DNA of 64,000 bases, taken from contig NC_134034.1 in NCBI RefSeq assembly GCF_964204645.1, positions 2,356,072 to 2,420,071 on the forward strand. Reading direction: 5' to 3'. Made by a program: the position numbers and the translations under genes. This stretch comes from Tubulanus polymorphus. Its lineage: Eukaryota > Animalia > Nemertea. Positions 26,081 through 37,733 of the stretch are shown here, in pieces. Under the pieces are notes generated by a model. The model ran no database searches. It was not told the DNA's origin and saw only the letters and a list, made by a program, of their open reading frames with translations. The first letter of the stretch is position 1, and each line of letters begins with the position of its first letter.

Positions 26081-28263
26081 GTTGCTGGTAGAGCAACAAA
26101 ATTGTTCGAAGAAGTTTCCATTTGTTGTCAGAGATGACGTCAAAAACACAAACCTGCTGGCATGCAAAAAAAAACAGTGAACACGTGTTAAAATCGCCGA
26201 TTCGAAAGTCATATTTCTCAGTAATGGCTAAAACCAAAATTCTAACTAGAAGCGTATTAGATATTTGTAAATATATCACATTTGAAAATAACTTTTACGC
26301 ATTTAGACGTTTTCTATTAAGACGGCATGTCCTTTGTCAAATCTATCGCAAACGATAGAGTAGATATATAAATTGCCGAATTATGATATTTGATTCGATC
26401 CGAAATCATTGCTATAACGACTTTACCAACACCTCCTAGCAATATACAACATGTATTCGCGATTCATATTATTCATATGTACCGGTCACGTCTATGTTTA
26501 TTCATCATTTATTCACAGTCAATGATGGGTCACTTGGGTTTATGAATTCGACGACGATTATTGACGACGCAGTGAATCTAAATCCCCTCGTTATCAAACC
26601 ATCTGATCATGTCCACCTTGTCAATCTGTTGCAGTTAGAATTTTCAAGTAAACCTTGTGTTACACTATGCCGTAGATTTTATAATCATAGGTACACGTAA
26701 CAAGTAAAACACGAATAAGATATATGATGTCAATTTTATACCCATGTAATATCAAGAATCAATAAAGTTTTTTTTTAGATTTGAATATATCAATAATTGA
26801 ATTGAATTGACCGGCAACCAGTCTTACCCCGATATATCGATGACGTAATTCACATCCTCGCAAAAATAACTATCGAAATTTATCAAAAGTGAAATAAGAG
26901 TTTTGAAATATATTCAGTTACAAAATGAATTCACAATTGCAATTGTCATTTTGAAACGTCAATATTGACGACGTAGTCCACATCGACTCACACAGAACCC
27001 CACTAGGTATCAACGTGAATAAACGTCATTGTAACTGTTTTTACGGCGTCAAGAAATTCCTTCTCGAATTTGACCTTGGGAGTACGAACTAAACTTGAAC
27101 GATTACGACGAAGACGACGACAGGATTCTGCTTAAGTTTGTCCGGTCAGGAATAAATGTTAATCCTCGCTGCATAATGAAAGATTGGAAACAATTCAACA
27201 CTAACGACGCCTCGAACGATTACCACGAAGACGACGACAACGAAAATGGCATGATGTTTAAAAGGAACGTGCCATCTAAATTTTACTTTCTGTGATAACG
27301 TTAAGAAAGGAAACTTTTATTCGTGAATAACGATAATTTACGCTGACTGAGCGAGAAAGATACCTGCCGTTTTAAATCAATCACTTATTTATTCTTAACT
27401 TTGCTTATGTAGTTCTCGTAAAACCCGCAGTAGCTCTAGTTCTCAAATGGGTTAATGTTGCCGTAATTCCTGAACGGCAGGTTCCATGGTAAAACTATGT
27501 TGAGGTCACATGGACCACTTTGAATAGGCCCCAAACGTATTAACGATGCCATGGGTGGCGCTAAGTGTTTTTTTAGAAGAACGAGAATCTTTAGAAATTC
27601 TAAAAACACCATCATTTACGCTCTGGACCCAGTTCCACAGTGTTGTAGGTTAGAGTAAACTCTGACCTAAAGTTTCCCCTTCAATGAGTTAACTCAGAGT
27701 TACATCATAACTCGGAACTGTGGAACCTGACTCGGGGTTTTAGGGTTAGGAAACATATTCGATCTTGTTAGTAACACTCTTGTTAGGTGATCACTGGGTT
27801 TTAGGTATATACGTAGGCAAAAAAGAGTTACGTATAACAGATACGGAGATCCGAAACCAAATCCTAAAACATCTCACTTCGAGCAGATTTCAATAGTTTT
27901 ATAGTAAATCTTAAATCTGATGGTTAAATTTAGTGGTTTTGACACGTTTAGATATCAAGTTTTGGTGGTTTTGCCCGGTTATATCATAGAGTACAGCCAC
28001 TCATTACGTATGCAATGATTTTTGATTTATTCTAGACGGTCACAGATTGACGAGGAGAATATTCGGACCCTCGGTGAATATAAGCCTCTTATAAATTCTC
28101 TGAGAATTACTGTATAAAATACCCTCCGTTTATACTTAGGATAACAACGTATCTCAGCCGGGAAAATCAATTACGAAAACGAATAAACGAATATGATTTA
28201 ACTGTATTGAATAGACTTTTATTTATTCACATGAATCGTCGAAATGTATAGACTCGGTTCAGA

Positions 28264-29003
28264 TCAGTTTTTTCTGCAACAGAATGCGGGCCACAAACTG
28301 GGACCACAAGCGCTGTATCCATTGTTGCACCCGAAAACCCAGAACAAAACACCTTTTTCATTTGGACCGCAATCACACGCAACAGCTCGTCTGTTCAGCT
28401 CCAGCGACAATTCTGAATGATAAAAAAATCGGTATCGATAAAAACTGAGAGTAGAAAATAATAGTTGAAACTCGATGGAATCTTGTTGCTGTTGTTGTCC
28501 ATCAATCAGTGAAGCAGAATTCTAACGAAACCCGTTCTAATTCCGCTGAAGCACGTCATAGTAAGATGCATCAGTTTTACGAAAACAACGAAATAATAAT
28601 CTAAACTATGATACACAAAATTCATTTCTAGAGGTTGAAAATAGACGGCATGTTCTGTAAAGGAAAATTGGACGCGGCGAAAAGCGCAGTTCTCGATTGA
28701 CTAAACCATGTTGGTTAAAAAATGATTTCACTTTTTTGATGAAAAATGTAATGAAATTTATATACTGGAGTTGAAATTAGTTGTTTTTCATTATTCAACT
28801 AATTTTACTCACGGGAAACCGAATAAAGATCCAATTCACTTACCTTCAGTGGAAACGACTCCTGAAATGAGTAACGCGACTGCGACAACCAAAATGATGA
28901 TCTGTAAAATAAACAAAATTCAAAGACTGATACCACCTACAGTTTTACTATCAGTTCACTATCGATTCTGATTCGTGTTGATATTCGTGGTCCATACCTT
29001 CAT
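28264..29003 (-). CDS. 6-Cys toxin/defensin-like peptide precursor E
   Basis: Exons 28998-29003, 28844-28901, 28264-28412: MKIIILVVAVALLISGVVSTEELSLELNRR-AVACDCGPNEKGVLFWVFGCNNGYSACGPSLWPAFCCRKN*. TATA-like motif near 29088-29095. Not in the ORF track. Confidence 0.9.
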
Positions 29004-30367
29004 ATTTGTAGAGTGATGAGATTGAAAGCTCGTGTGTCGGATGATTCTGTTTTTAGAGAGTGACGATGATCCGCGCTAAATCGGGCTGTTTTATAACGAT
29101 TTTCTCAAACAGTATAAAGAGGGTTCATCGACGGGACATTCACCTATCATTAGTAAAAATGTCGACAGATTGTGGGTTAATCGACGATTATGGTAGGATT
29201 TGAATAAGTCGTCGATTTAAAAAAAAAACTGATGAATATACATGTATGTAAGCTATATATGAATATGTGTTTATCGATATGAGTTCAAGTCGTTTATGAA
29301 TGCACGTCGTTGGATAGTATTCAAACGATGATTTCAGAATTATTTTGAATAATTATCATAAAGCGGCACCGTTTGATGTTAAAAACAACGTATCGTTTTT
29401 TAAAGTTTGCAGGGTTCGTTTCGGAGAGACCGCGAGATGCTGCAGAAAGCAAGGTTGTCCCGGGTTCGAACCCGGTACGTATTGATACAGATTCTGACGG
29501 TTCGAACACGGTTATATTAAGTGGTCCAGACGATGAATCAACTATTCAAAATCAATTGCTTTTCGATTTCGTTCTTAGAGACATCGTATACAGATATTCA
29601 ACACAATTAAGACACTTGTTTAGACTGAAGTTCGTTTCATTTCAATCACATTTTTTATAAATCGCTTTTGTTCTGATGGAATAATTTATTATGGATTCAT
29701 CATTTGAATAACACGTCACAGCCCCCTGAACAGATTTCGATTTAAGTGTTTCATGCATCTTGATTCATGTTGGTTCATCTTTTTACTGTGTATCTCGGTT
29801 AAGTCACTGACACTCTATTCCATGTATGCACGGACCACCGTAGGTGATGTGGTTAGAAATGAATATGTCTACATTTCGTGGGAGCAAAATGTTTTATATA
29901 AAATATTTTTCATGGCCACGGAAAATAATTGGTTGAGGCGAAAAGATTATTTCGTTTGAACGAAACGGTCAACTATTGCGGCAATAGAGGATTCCACTTG
30001 CGGCAAGTGAGGATCCACCAGGTGTCGCTATTGTGCTGTAGGTCGTCAACTATCGCAGCAATAGAGGATTCCACTTGTGGCAGGTAAGGACCCACCAGGT
30101 GTCACTAGTGCGTATCGGAACATCGACCACCGTGGCAAGAGGGCTCCACTCGCGGCAAGTGAGGATCCACCAGGTGTCGCTAGTGTACGTCATTGACGAA
30201 ATTCTGCAATTGAATTAAGTGTATCCATTTTTTTCTCAAAGTCAACGCATGACGAATGAAAAAGCGTATATGAACGCTTGATATCAATCTGAGTTTATCT
30301 GGAAACGTTTCTCATGTACGCAGATGTTGGATCTGGATATCTAAATAGCACCCTCTATTTCTAGAGT

Positions 30368-33287
30368 TTAACATCGTTTCTTGTAGTAAGAAATTCCAGT
30401 TTGATCGTTTGTCACTGTTTGCGGCTGCGCAGATCTGTCTGTTACTGATGCGTATAGTTGACACTTAAACTGACCGGAAGTGCGCTGACACGCGACCCCT
30501 ATGCATTCATCATTGCGGTTACATCCAGCTGCGCATTCAATGCAAGATATCCTAGCATCATATGTTTCCAGAATGGTTGCCTTGTCTATCCAGTCGGGAT
30601 GAAGTTGATTCTTTTCGACGGTGTACCTACTTCTTGTCAAACTAGTTTCCAATTTAACGCCTGGAAATAGCAAATAGATCGGGTCTTTTTCGATAACATA
30701 ACAAAAGATAAGATAACAAAATCTTTAAAAAGATTTATCGCTTTCTGGTATTGTGCGAACGAAATTTGATGCTAGAGTTTGAAGTGAAATTGAAAGTGAG
30801 CTAAATTTCCAGCGATAGTGTTATAGCTATTGAAAATGAGATGATTGCGAGAAGAAACGAATCGACAAATCTTTGATCGTTGAGTGAATGGAGATAAAAA
30901 CTGCCGCTTTGGAATTGAGGTCATTGAAAACTAGAGCTTGTTTTTATTGTGGAGCTCAAGCGTTTGAGAATGAACTGATTTTGACTGTATAGTTTAAAGT
31001 AATACAATTACAATTACAATTAGTTTATTGCTCCACAAAATTTACATTTGCACAGAGCACAAAAAACAGGTCCATACATTGTACACGTACCCATGCAGTT
31101 TACGGAATTCATACAAACACGGTTTAAATGAAAAGAAATACATGAATACTTATCAATCAACAATAGCTTAAGGCGGGCATTGAACAGTACATATTTAATA
31201 TGAGTTAGAGAAACTTTGATCCTTGCTGTATAAAGCGAGACAGGTTACAGAGCTGTTTGCCCTTAGAATTTAATAATTGTATCAGTTTGAAGGCACTTGG
31301 TCTTATTCTAAAATATGGTTTAATGAACCGGGTGCGAAGATTCTGAAGGAAAGGGCATTCTAGAACAAAGTGGTACTCATCCCCAATGACTCTCATATTA
31401 CATAGATTACATATTCATAATAGAAATGTCACTAATTTCGACTCTAGGACGTATTGAACACAAACTTATCCCGACTGTTGTCGAACTACTATCGTAGAGT
31501 TCAATAACAATCTACGTTTGTTAATCATTTGTTAATTATCTGTTTGTGAAACGCATTGATCACTGTAATTTCTATAAACGTTGATTTGGTTTTTGCGCTC
31601 TAAGCAATTGTATTTTTGTCGAGCAATTACGAACATATTCTATTCTATTCTATTCATAATTGAAAAAGAATATTCGAGTATTCGAAAATCAACTAGAAGT
31701 ATAGTTTTTAGGAATTTCGGGTGAACTGATGATTTTGTTAATTTCGACAATTTATTAAACGAGAGATTTTTCCCTTACCGTAAACTTCAACTTCGCACAA
31801 GCTCAAAGCTCCTGTACCGGACGGCTTCGTGACGATCACAGTATTTCCGGTCACGTGACCGGGACAGAAGAACTCTTTCACTTCCGACGATTTCATTTGC
31901 GCTTCCTGTTTGGCGCAAATTGTATTCTGTGGTATGTTAGATAGATTCAAGGCCGGTGGAGACTCGTCCGTAGTGACTAGAATTTTGAATTTCTCCAGAC
32001 GATACGCTGCAACGTAAGAAAACATTTTCATTAGAAATGTTTCGCCTTCAGAAGTTGAAAACTGGGTTCCGGATCACGAAATGAAGTATTAGAATTCGGA
32101 TTTCTCGCCGCGACAAAACCAGTCACCGCTGGAGTGAGGTTAAAACTGGTCCAAAGAAACGGACACGAGTAATGAGTGTGGTTATCGTTCTATTCTAACA
32201 GACACGAGGTTCTAGTTAAAACTGATCCATCAAAACCACTTCAGGGTTTAGATTTAAACATACCTAGAGTTAATCGATAAAACCGGCCATAAAGATGGCA
32301 ACCGACCCTTGAGACTTCAATAGGACCGACATAAAGCAGTAAAGTCAGCCGATCTTTAAAATCCTTACCGGCCATAGCTCTGTTGACCAGAATCACACTC
32401 GTAACCCTGTATCGAGCGCCTAGGCATACTTTCCACCAGAGCGGCTTCCCCTGCGGTTCCAACGAATTGGTGTGTGTACAAGACCCGCTACCCATCACCG
32501 GATCGCGGTTTCCATCCACTGCAGTTGAAGATAGCCACCAATGTGTACGATAGTTGCTAGACTGCATCGTAGTTCGACCTAGAGCCACATTCTCGTTCGT
32601 CGCGCCATCTTCGAAGATAAACATAGCAAAAAGTTCACGATGAATATCTGAATTTTTCAAAACTTTTATTAGATTTGATTAACGTGATTGCTACGCTTTT
32701 CACGATGATAGTTTCTATACTGGGATTCTTATTGCTCCCCACGAGCTGTCGTCTAGAAAAGCTGGATAAGTTCGGACAAACAGCGTTTCCAAACTTATTT
32801 CAAGCTCGAATAACTGCGTTTGAACTACTCTAACTTAACTCTAGCTTGTTATAAGTCAGTATAAAATCAATACGTTACAGCTTATCCGACACTCAAGTGG
32901 TTTCTAAATCCCCATTATCGCGCAGATGATCATACGTAGAATATGTTAAATCCCAGAAGTTTTTAAATCCCCGTTATCAAAATCTGATAATGCATGCCAA
33001 ATCGTCAGTTATGACGTCAGCCGAATGAAAGATGACACCAACGAAATTACAACAAAACCAAAAACAGTATTTTGGATTTAAGATCGCACATGCAGGCCTG
33101 CCTCTTAAATCAAAGATAGTGTGGAAACTTTGAATCTAAGGCGATTTAAATAAAAGTTTACAAATGAATAAATGTTGAGATTACACGGTGATATTGTAAA
33201 TTCGAATTAGATACCTGTTACTTGAGATATTAAACTGTGCATTGCTATCATCAGCAAGCAAACTCGGACGATTGCGCTGCGGTCCAT
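30368..33287 (-). CDS. Secreted F-type lectin (FTP) + PAN/apple domain protein, copy 1 (~277 aa)
   Basis: Exons 33215-33287 (MDRSAIVRVCLLMIAMHSLISQVT), 32369-32608 (NVALGRTTMQSS...AVDGNR...SCTHT...WWKV), 31779-32006 (LSLCEVEVY), 30368-30660 (SCIECAAGCNRNDECIGV...CQLY). All introns are phase 1. Confidence 0.88.
31003..31420 (-). mobile_element. 3' fragment of a non-LTR retrotransposon in the lectin intron
   Basis: GDEYHFVLECPFLQNLR is a typical LINE ORF2 C-terminal motif, followed by AATAAA and a (TAATTG)n tail at ~31003-31030. Confidence 0.65.
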
Positions 33288-35115
33288 TTCTACGAGCAGT
33301 CAGTCGGTGTTAAATCCCGATCAGAAAACAGACTCAAACCCCGTCTGTTAATAACGTGCGCGCAACTGACGATCTCGAGTCTGAGGTAGATTAAATTCAC
33401 CTCCTCAAAACTCGCAGTTTCATCGTTAAACGCGCCGATAAACGGCACCTCATCGTTCGTGTCGATGAGTCGCATGCTATCATCGTGATGCGAAACCAAT
33501 TGTTCTCATATATCTTTCTCTCGTCAGAACCAGTATTCTACCGCGGGGTGAATTGAAGCGAAATAATACGTTCCGAGCTCTCGGCCTCGACATGAAGCGC
33601 GCTTGAGTTACCTACACAGGCTAATAGTGACAACAAACCGATAATTTCTTCCGTATTTTAAATCAAACAATGGCTGAATTTTTCGATTTGGCTCGAAAGC
33701 AGTTCAGTTTGTTTTTTTAGCGTTGAAAAAATACATTCCTTCTCACTGTAGCCAATGTTTGTCCGATCAGTGAACAACGAACGCAATGTGGTACCCGCAG
33801 CGCTACTGTGCCATTCGAGGATTCCACGTATGGCAGGCGAGGATCCGACAGGTGTCGCCAGTAGATAGTTGGTCCGCGTTCAATTTCCTTCTTCATTTCA
33901 ATTAAATCTGAATGAACTTTTCTCTAAAATGACTCGATTATTTATGCAAACTATACCCAAATCCGATAGGAAGAATGAAAGTATTTCATATTTGGTGAGT
34001 CCTGTGATAGTATACGGACTCAGGAGTCTAAAAATCCAGTTCAAAGTAAATTGAAAATGAATTAGTGTCCACAACGAACAACCTACTGCTCGTCACGCCA
34101 TCTGGCGGGATAGCTGGTTATGCAGGTTCCCCATTACGTATTTATCACTTCTCGAGAAGGTGCGAGCGCTAAAACGAGGATTCGACAATCTACTGCGGCA
34201 ACCGAGGATTTCACTTGTCCAGTCACCAGATCATTTCGTGTGTATAGTAAGTTTCATTCGGATCCACCAGGTGTCACTTGTGTACATCTGTAAATTTGTA
34301 AAAAAAAATCGGCCCCGACCAAGTTATATGGATCTATTCATCTCTGGAATGCAGAATCGTGATCTAAGTAGTCCCTTATATCAGTAAGACAGGAGCCGCT
34401 TCCGTAGCCAGGGCTTGGACCAGTATAAGACTATATTAAGACTGCGGAACCGGCCTCTGGTGTTTTTTGATCTTAAAATAGGGATTGACCCTGTGATTTA
34501 TTTGATTGGTAAATTTCGTTTGATTTTTTGATTTGGTGTCCCTTACAAACCCACCACACCTGCCGGGAACGAAACAGGGGGTTTGATTTTGAAATCGGAA
34601 ATCGAAGTACAAATATAGTTGTGTGATCGGCGGTAGAGTTTACAGAATTTTTTGTTTAAATCGAAGTACATAATTTGAAATTTTCGGTTCCGGTTCATTC
34701 AAACAATCATCCAAGCAGTCTGAACCGGCAAGCGACTGATTGGGGTTAATTTAGTTGGCTGCCTAATTTAATACATCAAGATTTAGGAAATAACTATATT
34801 ACCTGGTGTTAGATGGTTAGATCGGCTCAGTCTAATATAGGTCTTAGGTCTAGAGAGCCATCGCTGTACGACCTGCCCCCAGGTTTATGTTGAAACTGAT
34901 CGGTCGAAACCACCTTACGTCGTTCCAATAAGCGGGAAACTTAGATGAAAATGCCAAATAACCTAACCTGTAAGTTATCGGCTACATTGAGCGAAGAAAC
35001 CCTTGAATTAGTAGCTTTTTACAGATTCCCTTTTGCGAGTATTTGATTTCACGGTAATTTAGATGAGCCTAAACATATCGCGACAAAATGGTGACTTTCA
35101 TTACTTTGTTTATAG

Positions 35116-35203
35116 AGGGGATAGCGCGTACGCAGTCCCCCACTACCAGAAATTGTACACCCGAGTCACCCACATTTGGGGAGATCGTATGGGTCAACCA
35201 GTC
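35116..35203 (-). ncRNA. RNU1: U1 snRNA, 3' half (interrupted gene)
   Basis: Minus strand GACTGGTTGACCCATACGATCTCCCCAAATGTGGGTGACTCGGGTGTACAATTTCTGGTAGTGGGGGACTGCGTACGCGCTATCCCCT gives stem-loop III, Sm site AATTTCTGG and stem-loop IV. Confidence 0.95.
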
Positions 35204-37733
35204 TTTTTTTTTTTTTTTTTTTCTTTTTTTTTTTTGCCTCAGATACTACCATATATATTGAAAGCCTAAAAATTTTAAATGATGTGCTGTAGTAATTAGA
35301 GAGAGATTCGACTATGTCTATAGAAAAGTGTTCAAATAGGTATGTTAAAGTTAAGTTGGCGGCTGATGTTTATTGAGAGCTAAGAGCTAAAAGCAGTGAA
35401 AATGAAGCGAGTTTGATATGGCAGTCGGTCTCGTATCCTAAATATCGGATACGATAGTCCTTCATCATTGGCTTTTTGTTTTTGCTTAGGGTTAGGTGTA
35501 TTTGGATTTTGGTAGGTTAGTTTCCTGTTGTTTGACTATGTGCTGCAAGAAAGGGGGACATTGTAATAGTTAAACAGTTAAATAAGCATTTAAATATTTG
35601 AAAAGTTGGAAAAGTCTTCTGCTTTTCGTCTCGAGGAAAAAGGAACCTGAAAAGGAATTAAGAAATTTCTTTGAATTAATGGCGCGCTGCGCTGCGCTGG
35701 CGCTGCAAATTTGCTTTGCTTATTCGCTGGTACCAATAGTAATAATTTGGTGTAGTCAAAGGATTTTCTGTATAAGTTATAGTACGTACAGGTGGGATAG
35801 TACTAAATACGTGGGATGTAATCTTTTATTATTTATCTAATTTTTACGTAATTACATATACGTATAAGAAACACTGTTTCTTTGCCAGTTAGTGTAGGAT
35901 AGAGTTTCGTTGGGTATGTTAGCAGGTAGGGAAATTTTGGGTTTGTGTCGGAAACGACTATAACACAAGTTTCCTGCGGGGTGTATACATTAAGAATATG
36001 TCAAGACGGGTAACAGCATTTAATAAAATAGTGAACGCTGTTCGGGGGTTATCAGGGTGACGGTTCTGAGTATACATATGTATAATTAGGATATTATATA
36101 GTTTTGATCTACAGTATGTTGCTATAGCATTACACACTGTAGATCTGCATAAGGTTTAATGCCAGTTTTAGACAGTTTATGCTGGATTACAGCGTGGTAT
36201 GATATCTATTATAGAGTGTACGTAGCTATTTTCACAGCAGTACGTACATAAGCTTATGTAAAAGGAATACATAAATATGCTTATATATACAGGTTCTATA
36301 TAGAGTTGGTGTCAGGAGTTCATCTACCAGTCATTTCACTTTGGGTATTTATAATAGTATCGTTTGAGGGTGGATTTGGAAGTTAGATCAAGGGGTATTA
36401 GAGGTTTTCTATGATCTGTAATGTGTAGCTATATAATATATTTACATATGCATTACACATAAGACAGGTCTGTTTTTGCTGCTGATCTTTTTGGGCGGTC
36501 GTTCGTATCAAGAGACGCCTGTGCATAATATTTTCCTTGGTACGAGATAAAAGGTGTACCAATAATGTATATGCCTTGAATTCCTTTGGGCTTTGACAAA
36601 CGCAGATCGTTCATGCAGAGGAGACGGTTGTCAGATATACGTATTCGTCGAAAATTGGTAGCGTAATAATGAACGTTACATTTGGGGTAATTTTCAATTG
36701 TGGGGTATCAGAGTGAATATTCTGATTTTGCAGAAGTATAGTCGGGAAACTAGTTTTGATCTATAGTGTATAGCTTTGTGCATTACACAGTACAGATCTG
36801 CAGATTTGCCGTTTTCTGAAGTGTACGTAGCTATAAATACAGCAGTACGCACAGATGCATATGTATAAAAATACATACCTATATATGTATAGTTGGTCTT
36901 ACAGCCGCTTCGCTTGGGGTTTTACCAAGATAACGTATTATGGTGGTTTATACGGTGTGTAGCTATAATATATGTTGAAGCAGTACACGCCTGTATTAAC
37001 CCACAATTTTATGCAGCGGTGATAGTCTTTCAGATATTCTATATCTCAGCATGTGTAGTGCAGATACAGAGATTATTGAAAAGTAAAAGGGAGGTTCCGT
37101 TCATGTCAATACATATTTGACTTCCAGGTTTAAACTCCTCTTTTCAAAGCGTATTTGGAGAGGATGGTTCTATAGTATAGTGATCACACATATGAAGAGT
37201 TTGGTATTATATGGTTGTGTAGCTATTATTGTACAGCAGTACACACTCTAAACAACCCTGTACTTTTATGTACAGTCACGTAGAAACTCCTGGAGGAAAA
37301 GGAAAGAAAAAGTTGCCGTTGGTTTCAATCTTTCTATTAGCAAGCAGAGAGAGGATCATATGGGTTATAATCTTTACATATTTGAAAGTAGATTCGTTAC
37401 AAATTAGGATCACGCGTGTGTCGAGCCAGGTTCATATTGGGATATTGTATATATGTTTATAGACGTATTACACGCATGTAAAGAGAATATGATTTGTGGT
37501 GGCGGATTTCCAGAGTTTTAATGTACGGGCATTCAAGCGTAGTATAAATGGTTATAAAGGGTTTGCCCCGATATTATTTTTGAATATGTATGAAATTTTA
37601 GTGATGTATACGTACATATCTACATATACCGACATATACATACGTATCCATATATACACACATATACATATAGACGTTGTGTTTTTGAAAAATAATACCA
37701 AAACAATACTGCGTACATAGACTCAACAGTTGT

